Of a stretch of 64,000 bases of DNA, positions 32,851 through 47,143 are shown in pieces. The notes below the pieces were generated by a model. It saw only the letters and a program-made list of their open reading frames with translations. It was not told the DNA's origin and did no database searches. Within the stretch, counting starts at the first letter, position 1. Every line of letters begins with the position of its first letter. A program made the position numbers and the translations under genes. The DNA comes from the human T2T-CHM13v2.0 reference genome, Homo sapiens, in assembly GCF_009914755.1 (NCBI RefSeq), contig NC_060928.1; one strand, 5' to 3'.

Positions 32851-35464
32851 CTAGATGAACGCAGACTCTATTATAACAATATCAAGTATTTTTCAAAATA
32901 TCTGACTGTGTAGCAGTAGAAATGCTCTAAGACAATTTTGTCTCATTTTGGTTTTGGCCACAAATTAAAGAATCCAGAGATATAGAATTTAGCAGCTGGC
33001 TAATAAAAACTCTGTAAAATAACCAAATCAATTTTTAATTTATGTTTATTTTATTTTTTAAAATAATATGAAAATTTAAAAAATAATAATTGAAAGTAAA
33101 TAGTTCTAGCTCTTAATTCAGTGGAGAGGAAATAAAGAATAAAGATTATTTTAAAACCTACATTATTCTAAAGTCCATGAGAGCTAAATGAAGAAAAACT
33201 TAAAAAAAAAAAAAAGCCAAAAGCACATGGAAACAACTCCTTCTTTAAAAAAAAACAGCAGCTTGAAAAGAACCACTTATAAATATTGCCTAATCTCACC
33301 TAATATTTTAGTCAGAGAAAACTGATGTATTGAGGAGAAAAAAAATCAGCAAAACACTTGGCATAATGTAGATTTTCCAATTACTAAAATTTTCTCTTTC
33401 AACTGCTTCTGGTGTCTTATGCTTGCACCCTAAATGGAATCCTAACCAAATAAAAAAGAAAAATAGAGAGTACCAAAGACAGAGATGATTTGAGACTTTA
33501 GCTTATTCAGCAGTATCACATCCCTGCCTTGCCTTACTTGGTAAAATTCCTGTATTTTTATTTGCAAGTCTTAAATTTCTCTGCATTTATTTTTCTACTT
33601 TGTAATATTTTGTTCTTAAATAAAACTAACTGTAAGTCACAGCCCCCTCCCATAAACTGAATAACTACAGTTTTTTTTTTTCCAAATCCTAATTAATTTA
33701 TTAGAAATACTGGAGTAACAATCCTAATAATTAGATGTGGGCAAGTTGAATTTGATACGAAGTTAAGCATGCATGCTATGATTTTTATTCCTGTAAAACA
33801 CTCCCTGGCAGTTTACAACATTAAAACATTGTGAAAGGGTAAAGCATACTTTGTAGTTCCAACTAGTATAGAAGCCAGCCTCTAGCTCATCAGTAACAAT
33901 TTCCAGATTACTTTAATAGTATTTTGTTTTCGGGGGAAATTGTATTATGCACTTTTTTCACTTGGTGTTAGCAGTACAATGGCTAAGGTATGAAATAGGA
34001 CCTTTAGACACATACTAGACACAGATGTACCTGATTTAGTTTAATTAAAAAATAATGACTTACAAATGTAAACATCTGAGAAAAGAAGGCTCCCAGAAGG
34101 CAGGCCTCATTAACAGATAATTAATTCTAAAAATTTTATGAATATGTTTTACACACTTTTTACTTTGATTTTTCATAATGTGTACAGTAAAGTTAAGAAA
34201 TTTTTCAAATAATTTGTCTCTTATCTATTTTCAAATACATAAACTGATAAAAGTAAAATAAAATGTGGTTTGCTGGCTGCCTCTTTCCGAATTTCTAAAT
34301 ACATAAGATGGTTTGATTGTATTTCCAAGTAGGAAAAAAAAAGCATGTATACAGACAGCTTTTCATGTTGATTAGTTTCTTTAATAAAGTACATGAAAAT
34401 TAGTGTGGTCCAACTGATTTTTAACAAAATAATGAGATTCTGAAAACTAAAGGTGAAAAATGTTAATTTTTAGCAAAGAATGCAACATCAACAAAGTAAG
34501 ATATATAATGTAGAGATTTTCGTATTTATCCAAATTAGCATGCCGTGGTTTAACCTGAACCAAATCCTTGAATAACTGGGTACAATCACAGACATTGTTA
34601 TACAGCATCTTAGAAAATCAGGCACTGGGGCTAGCACTTCGATGCATGAGTTTTAGGAAAACACAATTCAACCCATATTTTGTCTAGGGAAAGTTTGCTT
34701 ATCCTCTTATACTGAAAAAAAAAGCACATATCTGAAGGAAACACTGAATAACACTCAAATATTAGTTCTTTCTTTGGACAACTACAGTTAAATGATATAG
34801 ATCATATTATATTCTTAGCTTGTGATTAACAATTGGTAATTATTAAGCTCAATCTAAAAATTTTGGATATTCATTTTGTTTTGTAAGCATTGTAAGTTTC
34901 AGAGACTGACTGAAAGCAAAACTATTCATTTAAATTGCCCTCTGTGCAAATGATTAAGTCTCAGGCTATTACTCTAATAATGTAAGTGATGCACACTGTG
35001 CCTTGAAGAGTTGCACTAATCAGTCCAGCTCATTTAGGCATCTGCTGGTAGCAACACTAAGGTCAAGATATCATGGACTGTTTTTCTTTGTATCCCCCAA
35101 AGGGAAGAGAATGCCAGAGATATATTTCTCAAGAATGACATATTTTCAACTCACCCATATTAAAGATGCTCTTTTAATTCAACATTTATTGAGATCATAA
35201 AATGAATTATTTTGAACACTGATCAAGATCCATGATGTGAATTATGTGTGTTTTCTGAGACTATTACCAAAGACAAGAAATGATAGATCACATACAACAG
35301 TATATAATGTAGGCCTGATAGCAACTTCTAATTATGTTTTTGAGACTAAAACTTGTATGGCTGAGGGAAATGTTTATCTTCGATTTAGACTCCCTTCTTT
35401 CATTGTTCTTATTTGTTCTATTTTATCTCTAGAGGCTATTCCACATTTTACTCTATTCATAGGC

Positions 35465-36203
35465 TGTATCAGTTTGCTATGGCTGCCATAACAAAGTGTC
35501 ATGGACTGGGTGGCTTTACAACAGCAGTTTATTGTCTCACAGTTTTAGAATTGAAGAGTTCAAAATCAAGGTGCTGTCAGCGTTGATTTCTTCTTAAGGC
35601 TGTGAGGGAAGAATCCATTCCCAGCCTCTCTCCTTGGTTTGGGGACAGCTGTCTATTTCCTCTCTTTCTTCATATTGTTTTCCTTGTATGTGTGCACAGT
35701 CCAGTCCAAATTCCACCCCCATCCCACCTTTAATTAATTAATTAATTAATCAATTTGAGACAGGATCTCACTCTGTCCCTCAGGCTAGACTGCAGTGGCT
35801 CAATCATGGCTCACTGTAGCCTTTACCTCCAGGGTTTAGGTAAGCCTTCCATCTCAGCCTCTGAATAGCTGGGACTACAGGCCTGCGCCACCATGCCTGG
35901 CTAATTTTTTAGTAGAATTGGGGTGTCACTGTTGCTCAGGCTGGTCTTGAACCCAGGCTCAAGCAATCTGTGTGCCTCCGCCTCCCTAAGTGCTAGGATT
36001 ACTGGCGTGAGCCACCTCAACCGGCCCCAAATTTCCCCTTTTTATGAGGATATTAGTCATATTGGATAAGACCTACCATAATGACCTCACTTTAGCTTGA
36101 TTACCTCTATAAAGACCCTATATCCAAATAAAGTCACACTTGAGACCTGGGTGCTAGCACTTCAATACACGAGTTTTAGGGAAACACAATTCAACCCATA
36201 ACA
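35465..36203 (-). mobile_element. MLT1 (B/C/D-like) MaLR LTR with nested Alu
   Basis: tgtatcagtttgctatggctgccataacaaa ... cacaattcaacccataaca. Confidence 0.8.
35730..36026 (-). mobile_element. AluJ-like
   Basis: gagacaggatctcactctg, atcatggctcactgtagcc, ggctcaagcaatc; (TTAA)n tail. Confidence 0.9.
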
Positions 36204-38041
36204 AAAAGCAATCATCTAACACTTAAAGAAAATTTCTGTATGAGAAGGTTTACAATGATAATGCAGAAAAATAAAAATCTCCCTGCTTGCAATTGTTTTA
36301 AGTTTGTTGTAAATACAAAGATTTCTGGTAACAATTTTTTTTTAACTAGTGAGTCTCCCACCACTCTATTTTGAGCTATGTCCGAAACCCTTTATTCTTT
36401 CCTTCCATCTTCCTCTTCTTTCTTTCTTTCTTTTCATCTTTTTAGAGGCAACGTAAAATAAATAAATAAATAAAACAAAAAACTATAACAAAACAAAATT
36501 GGATAAAACAACAAAATAAGCTTAAAAAACAGGGACATCATTTTTTCATTCTCTGTAGCTAAGGCCTAGCACAATACATAGCATACAATAGGTGTTAAAT
36601 AGCCCATTTTAAATGATGAATTAAAGCTAAAATATGAGTCACCAAGTATGAGTTAAATGAAATATTCAGATTTCTACAATGTTAATGTTTATCATACTTT
36701 CTGCATATATTACTTATTAGAAATATAATTTAAAATAAATAAATGTTTTCATAGTCTCACTTTCCCTGGGTCATAACAATTACAAAAAAAGCATTTCTTT
36801 AGCTTCATGCCTAAGCACTATGAAGATACTCCAGCTCACAAAGTCAAAGGCTGAAAGAACTGATGGCTATGCCTAACTGTCATATTACAGCTTTGTCAAA
36901 GTGTGAGGATTCTCCCGCTCCAATGAAAGTAACACCAATAGTGCTCCTGATACCTTTTAAGAAAGAGATGTTATACCAGGCTTCTGGCGGAGGGCCGCCA
37001 GGCTTGAATTCTTGGATAGGCTGTGTCACTACCAAATTGTACTGAGTAGCACCTCTTTCTGCTTAACCTTGTGTAGCTTTCTGAACCTAATTTTTGTGCC
37101 TCACCCGTATTTCCCCTTAGGCTTGCCAAGTTCCTCAAGAGACAATTTGGTTTCTTTTTATCCTTCAGATATACACGATTGGAAATATTCAAAAGCCCCA
37201 TGCAAGCCCTATTCTTCTTTACCATAAGCTACATCCCAGTTTCTCTCCTACTTGTTTCATCCTGAAAATTGTGTAGGATCTATGCATAGATATAACAATT
37301 TTAATATTTTCACAGACTAATGACAACTGAGTCAATTAATTTGAGTAGTAAAAGAAAAACTACCAGCTTTAATACAGTTTGAAGTATAGGCCTTAACAGT
37401 TTTGTTTATGTTTGTCCGTTACAACACCTTCAAATTTTAGAAATCCTTTGACATGTTCTCAAAAGTATTTTTCTCCCTTGTAACCTTCCATTCCAAAAAA
37501 TTACTTTATTTTAATGAAAAATTATTTCTATCAGGACAGATGAAAAGTATCACAGTTATCATTATTTTTCTTGTCTGAATTGGCAAATAAATGTGCAGTT
37601 GTGGTTCCATGATATTTTACAACCTCCTCTCCTCTTTTGTTCTGAAATGTTCTTGGATACAGTTGAAAGAAAATGGCAACATATGGTCCATTAGTTTAAA
37701 TGAGGTGGGGGAAGAACAGGATGGATTATTAATGATAATAATTTATACTTCCCTTTGCATCTATATGCTGTGGCCTTGATGAGAATTTGGCAGGCCTCAC
37801 AGTCAAATGAAGTTTAAAGTTAAAGGTTGAAATGTGATGGAGGGGTTTTTGAAGCAAAAAAAAAAAGGAGCAAAGAAAAACTATCCACATTGGATTTTTA
37901 CAGGTTTCCCATCTGTACTTCTGTAATATGATTTGTCTGCTAGAAAATAGAATTTCTTATGTGACTTTACAAATATTTAACTAAAATCATTTTTTGAAAT
38001 GTTTTTACTTTGCTCTATTTTAATTCAATGGTTGCTGCTAG

Positions 38042-38126
38042 TTGTAGTAATTGAAGATGAAAATCTGGTATTATTCTGTATATTCGAAGGCTAGTAGTTC
38101 TTCAGCTATCAAAGGAGCAGTTATGG
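38042..38126 (+). pseudogene. Candidate decayed exon
   Basis: ctag|T...TGG|gtgatt; CSN*R*KSGIILYIRRLVVLQLSKEQLW. Confidence 0.25.
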
Positions 38127-38800
38127 GTGATTGGCTATATGGGTGTCTGTACTTTTTAGAAAACAACTGTTAAAAATAATGACCAGTTGATGTGCACAGA
38201 CTGCCTTGCAGAAAAAAAGTTGCCAATGTTCTTACTTCCTCAACATACCTGATATACATAAAATAATCTGTTCCTTTTGTGAACTTTCAGCCATATTATG
38301 TTCCTTTATTTTTTGTTCTCTATAACAAGCTCTAAAATTCTATAATTATTACTTTTTATGTTTTTTAATATAGTATATCCCAACATCAGTTGTTTTAAAA
38401 AATCTGCAAAATATTACCTGCAAAAAAGTCATGGCCTTCAAACTTGTGCTGCTATTTTAGCAGCAACATTCTTGTTTTTTCTAATGACAAAATGAAATTT
38501 TATAAAGAACTTCTACTTGGGTTTAGATGAGAGTGAAAAACCTGTAACTCTACCACTCATTATCCCCCCTTCCACAGCTCTCTCCTTGCCCCTGTCACAG
38601 CCCTGAAGCATTTCCCAACAACCCTAGAACTCCCGGGGACTCATTTTGAAGTCTGCTATTGCATAAAATATGAGAATGCATCCATCCATTTGAGAATTGA
38701 AAACTGTTCTCCACGATTAATTGGGGGGAAGAAAAACACCACCAAATCTTATAAGGAGATTTTTTGTAAATGTTCTCTTAAGAATTTTCATTGTCAATAG

Positions 38801-38932
38801 AAATATAAGGCACTGCTTTGTCAGTGCAAAAACGACCTGGCCAGTAACATGCAATTGTGCCCCTTGACTCAGCAAGCCTGAATAACAGTTTAATTTGTTT
38901 ACAGAGCTACGAGAAATCTCTATTTGTGTACT
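38801..38932 (+). pseudogene. Candidate decayed exon (phase 0-0)
   Basis: ttttcattgtcaatag|AAA...ACT|gtatgt; 132 bp KYKALLCQCKNDLASNMQLCPLTQQA*ITV*FVYRATRNLYLCT. Confidence 0.4.
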
Positions 38933-41438
38933 GTATGTATTTTATACAACTGGGAAAAAGAGTGTGTGTTCTTCAGAAGACTTGGCAGCACAACTGAACA
39001 TTTTCCTTGTTAAAATCACGAATTCCTCTTTTCTTGGCCTTGTATTTAGGTGATATGGAGAAGGCAAAAATATGACGGTAAATAAGAATACCTAATCACT
39101 GGAAAACCCAAAAGATATAAATTGTACTTAGCTAAGTGTGACATTTGGAGAACACACCAGAAGTTTGTCAGCTCCTTTCAAGTGTAATAGAAATGTGACT
39201 CATATGACAGAGTCAAAACACAGACATAAGCCCTATTTTCTTCTTGGCTTGCCGATGTGGTTCAGCATTGCTGTTCTTTCTTGATCATGAACAAGTTCTC
39301 CTGGGTGCAAAACATTAAATGACCTATTCAGAGTCAATTACTAATTCAAATTTCAATTGCACAGTGTCCTGCTCTAAAAAATATAAAATTGTATAATGAT
39401 AGAAATAAATAGCTAAACTTTAAAAGTTTATGAAAAAAAGAAATAAATAGATCATGAGCTCTTCTGCAATTTAATAACCTGTTCCTAATTTCATGTAATA
39501 ATTACTTCCTTTGCCAAGTTGGATAGCCTCAACAGCTGGATACTAACTTATGAATTGATTATAATAAATACAGCAAACATTTGGTAACAAAAACAGGTGT
39601 AAAATGTAGAATATTATAAACTGTTGACAATGACATAAGCCCAGAAAATAAGCTGTAATTACAATGCATTACAGCCATGCACTAACGCTAACATAACACT
39701 TGTGGAATCTGTATTGATTCTATGTAGTATGTTCAAGTTTAAAATGAAGCAGGAGTTTGCACAATCATGCAGTAAATCAGTTTCTTTCAAAATATTCACT
39801 CTAATTTTCTCAGGTACTATAAACAGAATGTTGGTTAGACTTCCCTGTTTCATTTGCCAATATTTTGTGAATGTTGAGATTTTTAAGGTGCATTTCAGTA
39901 AGAGAAACAAAATAATCAGCCCACAGCATGGCACAGAGAGTGCAGTATTTGCAGGTTAAAAGGAAAATGACTTTTAGTTTACATTTTCACTGTGTTCTCT
40001 CAAAGAAAATGGGAGACAAATTAGACTACAACATGAATACCATTAAAAGCTCCTAAAAGTCTGCTGAGTCAGTGGAAGATGTGGAATAGTCACTTAGAGT
40101 CAGAAGGCATATACTTAAGTTTTGGTTTAGTGACTTACTGGTGGGATTTTGGCAAGACCCAAAGTCCTTGCAAAAGGAGAAAGACTACTGAATCTATCTC
40201 AGAGAATTGGGGAGTTCAGAATTTAAAAATACAGTGATAGATATCACTATAATAATCCTATAAACTTAGAGATTTTACAAAATCAAGATATTGTTTGCTG
40301 GTTATTTAATGTAAAGACTTGAAATAAAGTAACCAATAGAAACATATGATAGCTTACTCTCATTGGAGATCACTTATTTAAAATAATACATAATGTCTAT
40401 AAAGCAATTAACCATCTGCCACACACTATCCTAATTGCATCATATTAATTAACTTATCAATGTGACAAGGATTTACTTTTATCTCCATTTCACAAATGAC
40501 AGCACTATGACAAAAAGTAGATAAAACTTGCTAAAGGCCAGCTTCTAGTAAGTGACAAAGCTAGATTTCAACATGCAAGTTGCCCACTGAATCTCTTCCC
40601 AAAGCCCTCCATACCTTACCGACATTTCTATGAGGTAACTTTTAAAAGAAAACCTGAGAATAAGGAGAGAATGGTGAGGGGAATTAGAGCAGAAGAGAGA
40701 TGAGAAACACATATGCTGAGATGGACAAGACACTCCTATACTATTTCTGAGCTGTATGAAGTTGTGAACTTTCCCTGTTCTTAAAGGTTTTCTGATACTA
40801 AAAAGACGGGACATGTTTTAGCTCCATTATGAAAAGAGGTTGAAAGCCTTCACTCTTGTTGTTATAACAAGGAAAAGCAGGACGGAATGAAAATCAAAGT
40901 CTTTTCTTGCACCCATCGTAGAATGAGGTTGTAGAGCAAACTGTCATGCTGAAACCTGGAGAAACAGGCTTATCCAAAGAGATACAGCCTAGATCGACTT
41001 ACCTGGAATTGAAGTCACTAAGGCCATGAGCTAATAGGAACATTTACCTGGTTACTATGATGAATTGCTGGAGGCCAGGTGTGAACTAGCTTGAAAGCAA
41101 AAAACTTTTAGGGATTATAAGATCAGAGAAGTTCCCACAATTTCATTGTCTATGCCTCCAGGAACTCTACCTGTGTCTCTGTCAGGGGTAGAACAGGAAT
41201 AATCAATGTGAATGTCCACTGACTTCATCACAGCAAAAACCCACTTTCTAAAGAAAAGGACTGTCCTGGAGCCTTTTCCCAGATAAAGGAAGGGCATTTC
41301 TCACTCTAGCCACCTCTACACTTCCTGTTTTACCTAAGGGAAACATAAAAAAGAAAACATAAGGAACATAAACAATAGGGGTTAGGACTTCAAAAACATA
41401 GATTAGATATGATGAAGTCAGAGAAGGGAGTACGAAGT

Positions 41439-42042
41439 TATCCTAGTCTATTTTATATTGCTATAACAGAATACCATAGATTATGTAATTTATATAGAAA
41501 GTGATCTCTTACAGTTCTGGAACTGGAAGTCCAAGATTAGGTGGCCACATCTTTTTGGCATCTGGTGAGGGCTTTGTTCTGTGTAATGGCATGGTGAAGA
41601 AGCAGAAAAAGAACTGGACACATATGAAAGGGACAAAACATGAGGGCAAAGGACAAAACATGAGGGCACCCTCTGTTTATAACAACTCACTCTTTTGGTA
41701 ACTAATTTAGTCCCACAAGAAGGAGAACTCACTCCTACAAGAATTAGCCCAGTCCCGGCCAGGCAAGGTGGCTCACACCTGAATTCCCAGCACTTTGGGA
41801 GGCTGAGGCAGGTGGATCACCTGAGGTCCGGAGTTCAAGACCAGCCTGGCCAACATGGTGAAACCCCATCTCTACCAAAAATACAAAAATTAGCTGGGCA
41901 TGGTGGCATGCACCTGTAGTCCCAACTACCTGGGAGGCCAAGGCAGGAGAATGCTCGAACTAGGGAGGCAGAGCTTACAGTGAGCCGAGATCGAACGATT
42001 GCACTCCAGCCTTCCAGCCTGGGTGACAGAGCAAGACTCTGT

Positions 42043-42073
<31 letters not shown>

Positions 42074-42242
42074 TAACCCAGTCCCAGTCCCCTAAGAATC
42101 ACATTAATCCATTCCTGTGACTGGGATCCCTTCAGCTGAGCCAAGCACATGTTAAAGATCTCAACACCTCTTAATGCTATTATATTGGAAATCAAATTTC
42201 CACATGAATTTTGAAGGGTACAAAAATATTCAAACCATAGTA
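41439..42242 (-). mobile_element. MST-type MaLR LTR
   Basis: ttgctataacagaatacc...acagttctggaactggaagtccaag...attcaaaccatag. Confidence 0.75.
41757..42070 (+). mobile_element. Alu (AluS-like) inside the LTR
   Basis: Dimer with long A tail; TSD-like aattagcccagtcc / atttaacccagtcc. Confidence 0.95.
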
Positions 42243-45200
42243 GGGTTCAAGGGGCTATACCAATGAATAAACAATTGTCAAGGTCACAATTCTGAGACAC
42301 AGGCATACTAAAACACTGAAGTGTAATTGGGAAATTACAGAATGCTCCTGCTCCCCCTAGCCTTATACCGCAATAGGGCTTCAGTATGCAAACATTGGAT
42401 TAGATCTGAAAGACTGAAATCAAACTGATGAAAAATACTTAAGTCAGCCCAAAGTGAATAGAGAAAACAAAAACAAGGATATTGGAGATATTTGACACTT
42501 CTCACACCTGTGGCTATAGCAAACATTGAATATAGTCTAACAGCCAGAGTAACATAAATCCCCATACTAAAACCAAACTTATCTCAGTTCTTATTATCTG
42601 ATATAACATGTCTGGTTTTGAAAAAAATTGCAAAGCATGTCAAAATGCAAGTTAAAACACAGTCTGAAGAGACAAAGCGATGATCAGAAATAGACTTAGA
42701 GAATAACATAGATTTTGGAATCATCAGGGAGAGAATTTAAAAGATGAAACATGTTTAGGGCTCTAATGGAAGAAGTATGCAATATGAAAAAATATATGGG
42801 ATGTGTAAAGCAGAAATATGGAAACTCTAGGAAGGAATTTTAAAATTTGGTGACAGAGACCAAACCACAGATCCAGGAAGCTCAGAGTGCTCTTAGTGGT
42901 ATAAATGTTTTGCCTCCAAAAAACCATACCTAAGCATATCATATTAAAACACCAGAAAGACAAAGACAAAAAGAAAATCTTGAAAGCGCTAGAGGGCAGA
43001 CAAAACCAAAATGCCTTACCTATAGAGGAACAAGGATAAGAATCTGAGTATGCTTCTCATAAATCATGCAAGCAAGAACAGAGCAGAATGAAATATTTAG
43101 TGTTGAAAGAAAATCTAGACTTATACATCCAGCAAAATTATTCTTCAGTGAGGAAGAAATAGATTTTCTCAACAAATAAAAATCAAGGGAATTTATTACC
43201 AGCAGACATGCTTTTCAAGAAATGTGAAAATAAGAATTATTCAGGAAGATCAGAAATGATAATAGAAATTCAGATATACATAAAGGAATGAAAAACATTA
43301 GAGAAGAAATAATGAAGGTAAGCTAAAATCTTTCATTTTTATTATGCTTAATTAATCACAAAATAAGCATTTAAAGTAAAAATAGTAACAATTGCACTGC
43401 ATGATATAGACGGCCATACAGATAAATGAAATGAGTGACAGTAATGTCACGAGGGACAAGAGAGGAATTGAGAATACTCTTTTTAAGATACCTGCAATAC
43501 ATGGAAGTGGCATCAGATTATTTGGAGTTTGACTTAGATTAGTTTAAAAAGTATACTGTAAACTCTGGAGAAACCATTAAAATTTTTAAATAAAAGTATA
43601 ATTTATATGTAATGAGAGGTGATTGAAATAGTATTGTATAAGGAGCTCAAATGAAGCCAAAGAAAGCAGAAACAGAGAACATATGCAATGAATATATGCA
43701 AAAAACATATGCAATGATTAGAAAACAGTTACAAACATGGAAGATGTTAATACAACTATATAGATAATCATTTCAAACCTGAATTATCTACATACAACAA
43801 TTAAAAAGAACAGACATTGTCAGAGTAGATTAAAAGGAAAGACCCAACTATGCTTTGCCTACAAGAAATCTGCCTTGAATAAGTTAAAAATAAACAAATA
43901 AAAAGATATACCATAAGGCTAATCAAAAGAAAGCTGGAATAATTACATTAATTTCAGACAAAGCTGGCTATAAAACCAAGAAGATTATCAGGAATAAATA
44001 TGGGAATGACATAATGACACCAGGGTCAATACATCAAGAAGCCATAACTACCCTACACCTACATGCATCTAAACAGTATTCATAGTTAACCAGTAAATAC
44101 TGGGTAGTTACTGAGCCTTAAAATACATGAGTCAAAAACTTAAAGTACTACAATGGGAAGTAGACAAATTTACAGTTACAGTCAGAGACTTCAACATCCC
44201 TCTTTTAGTAACTGATAGATCAAGCAGGCAGAAAATAATAAGAGTATAAAGGATCTGAACATCATTACAATCAACTTGGTCTAACTGTCATTTATAAAAT
44301 AGTCTGTCCATGAACAGCAGAACATACATTCTTCCCAAGCTCATATGCAACCTTCCCCAACATAGGTCACATTCTGGGCCACAAGACACACTTTAACAAA
44401 ATTTAAAGAATGGAAATTATACAAAATATGTTCTTAGGCCACAAAAGGAAGTAAATCACAATCTTACAAATTATTTCCTTCAATTTTTAGATCATTCTAA
44501 ATTTACAAATTCCATTTTTAAACTGAAATCCTTTTTCTTTATACTCCCTTTATTCTTACTTTGCTTATCCTATTGGAGCTGTACATAATAAGTCTACTCT
44601 CCATTTTAAATGTCAGCTCTCCAGATATTTGAAGGCATGCCTTCATAAGCAGTTTTATTAACAATAAGTGTGTTGATTTCCTTTGATCATTACATACAAT
44701 CTGGTCTCTAAACTCCTCAACATCTTGGTTGCTACAGATACATTTTCAAACTTGGTATCCTCTTAACATTTCTAACTACCTAGAACTCAAAACACCTGAT
44801 GAAGGACATTCCCAGTTAAGATGGCAATTGAAACTAAGAGTCTACAACTCTCTATTTAAAGAATAGAAGTAATTTAAAAGAAACACATACTGTCTAAAGA
44901 GATTTTTCTTCTGTTAAATTTAAATAGAATAAACCTAGATGGCTTTTCAGAAGATACATGACAATTTAGTACTGAAGCCAAAGGAAAGCATGTTCAATCT
45001 TCTATTCAGCCAATTACTCATCACAATTTTTCTCAGTTATTATAGTTTTCATAAAATGTCAAGATTCCATTTAAACATGAGGTTCACAGTAGATCATCAG
45101 AACTTATTACATAAAAAAAGAGAACCCACTTTATTAACTTGGCTTTTGTTTGCATATACAAGTTTGAACATTTTGATAAAAGTAATAGGCCAACAAATAG

Positions 45201-45526
45201 CAAGAACATCCTGAAAAATTAAAAACTAGTTTTTCTAAAGAATATACTTCCTTTTCACCCTGGGTCAGTCAATACAGCCTCATTAGCTATCCACAGACTT
45301 ATGTGTATAATCTCAATTTTTCTGTCAGAAGTGAGGAATGTTAAGCAAAGAAAAGGCAGTAAGGTGTCTAGCTGCACTTTGTAAACAAAGATTTGATGAC
45401 AAAGATTTTGGCTACTTATCTAAATGTTCTTAAATTCCAAGCATGTAAGATATTTCTTGGTAATTTAATCATAATATATTCAGAGAAATTTCCAGTTACT
45501 TTGTAATTGCTGAAAATTTCATGCAG

Positions 45527-45626
45527 ATAAAATTCTTAAGACAACTTTAAGAAATTAAATTGTGGATGGAAATGGAATGTGTTTTGCAGGACTACAGATG
45601 GAAAAACAAAACTTAAGAACTGATAG
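45527..45626 (+). pseudogene. Candidate decayed exon (phase 0-1)
   Basis: tttcatgcag|ATA...ATA G|gtatta; IKFLRQL*EIKLWMEMECVLQDYRWKNKT*ELI. Confidence 0.3.
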
Positions 45627-46022
45627 GTATTATATTTTAAGTTATGTGTTTTCCCTTAGAGGATCATATTTACCTGGATCATAAAAGATAATTATGGAAT
45701 TTTAAGAAAGCCAAATTTAAATTAATAAAATAGTCTGAGTTTTTAAGCCCTCCAGTAATTGTCATCAATATCTGTGTGCCAAAATAAACACTCCTCTGAA
45801 ATATATCTAGCTACTATAAAGTCCAAAGAAGTCTTAGTTATATAATTTGACATTAGGTGTTCTGGGAGAATTAACCAGAATTGGTGTAAAGTATTTGTGT
45901 GTTTGCATTTATTTTTCATATTGAAAGAGTATAAAATAATATTACTATTGCTTTGTTGATTCTAACCAATATTCTTTCAGCTCTTTAGCCTGAAAAAGAT
46001 TAAAAAGAAATTGTTTATATCT

Positions 46023-46050
46023 CACACACACACACACACACACACACACA
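46023..46050. repeat. (CA)n microsatellite
   Basis: Direct inspection. Confidence 0.9.
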
Positions 46051-46642
46051 TTTGTAAGAGTGAAACTGGAATCCCCACTGGCATAATTACTTTGAGGCCG
46101 TTCATCCTTCTGCACACCACATCCATCCACTTCCCTTTAAGGTCTGAGGATGGAATCTCATACTAAAATGTCCCTGCATTACCTGCTTCTTCCACTCCTG
46201 TAACAAACAGCTCAAACTTCAATGCACAGAAAGAACTTCTCTGAACCAGGATACTACTTCAGATCCCTGAAAAACTCACCATTTCTATGTGCTGTGAGGT
46301 GCTATTATGTCTCTTCCCATCACACTTATATTCCTGCCTCTTCGTTGCCCACCATGAGCAATTCAGATTCCAGAGTTGGCAGATTTCACATGATGGATCT
46401 CTAGCCTTTGATTGGCCCTATGAACAACCTTCACTGTGACTTGGACACTGGATTAGGCAACAGATATTAGTTATTTAAAAACAACAGAATCCCTCATATC
46501 TGACACATTTGAAATCAGTCATTGGTTAAGATCATCGTAAAAGGATGTCAAATCTGGAAATTATTTTAAAAAGTGATATAACCATGACAAACATTTAATT
46601 TTAACTTAAAATATAGAAATTCTTGCTCATTTTCCATTGTAG

Positions 46643-46788
46643 GAGTAAGGCTGTTTCTTGAAGAATGGAGCTACTCTTTGCATTTTTTATCATTTTTCTT
46701 ACATCGTCTATGAGCAATGTGTACAATCTATTATTGACAGTTTGGATTTCTTTAGAGAGAAACTGGGAATTATAAAAATAATTGCAAG
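46643..46788 (+). pseudogene. Candidate decayed exon, frame uncertain
   Basis: ttcttgctcattttccattgtag strong acceptor; long near-open frames (VRLFLEEWSYSLHFLSFFLHRL; ORF 46658-46858). Confidence 0.3.
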
Positions 46789-47040
46789 GCAATTTAAATG
46801 CAGAAGGTTTTTAGCACTTCATAATCCTCTTCCAACAATCTTGTACATTTTCAGTTAATATTATTTCAATTAACCTTTATCTGTATCTTTCAAACTATGT
46901 CACTCAGTTTTCATAGATATAATTATTTTCTCATTCACTTTCATCTTTCACTGATACATGCAATATTCAATTAAATTTCATTAATATCACAGATATAATT
47001 TGTGTAGGGTTTTGAAATTACCCTACTGACTCACTTTCAG

Positions 47041-47143
47041 CATACAATTAAAGTGGTAGGAGCAGAGATGCAAAGGTTTCAAGGTGCTATGTTTTATAAT
47101 CAGCCTGTTTACAGAGAAAATGGAGGGCTTCCATTAATACAGA
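47041..47143 (+). pseudogene. Candidate exon, open frame
   Basis: ctcactttcag|CAT begins a 90-codon open frame HTIKVVGAEMQRFQGAMFYNQPVYRENGGLPLIQK...; donor not evident. Confidence 0.45.

Larger units (their letters stand above)
40745..44445 (+). mobile_element. Old L1M 5' region/ORF1/endonuclease portion, interrupted by an LTR and an Alu
   Basis: cagatccaggaagctcag, gaaaatcttgaaagc, gacccaactatgc..cctacaagaaa, gagacttcaacatccctct, gaacatacattcttc; start approximate. Confidence 0.75.

Noticed and set aside
34240-34328. Frame KSKIKCGLLAASFRISKYIRWFDCIS ending AA|gtagga
   Set aside because: No intact acceptor AG; kept only as a weak extra exon candidate.
39050-39077. 28-bp micro-exon with good splice signals
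   Set aside because: Too short to distinguish from chance.
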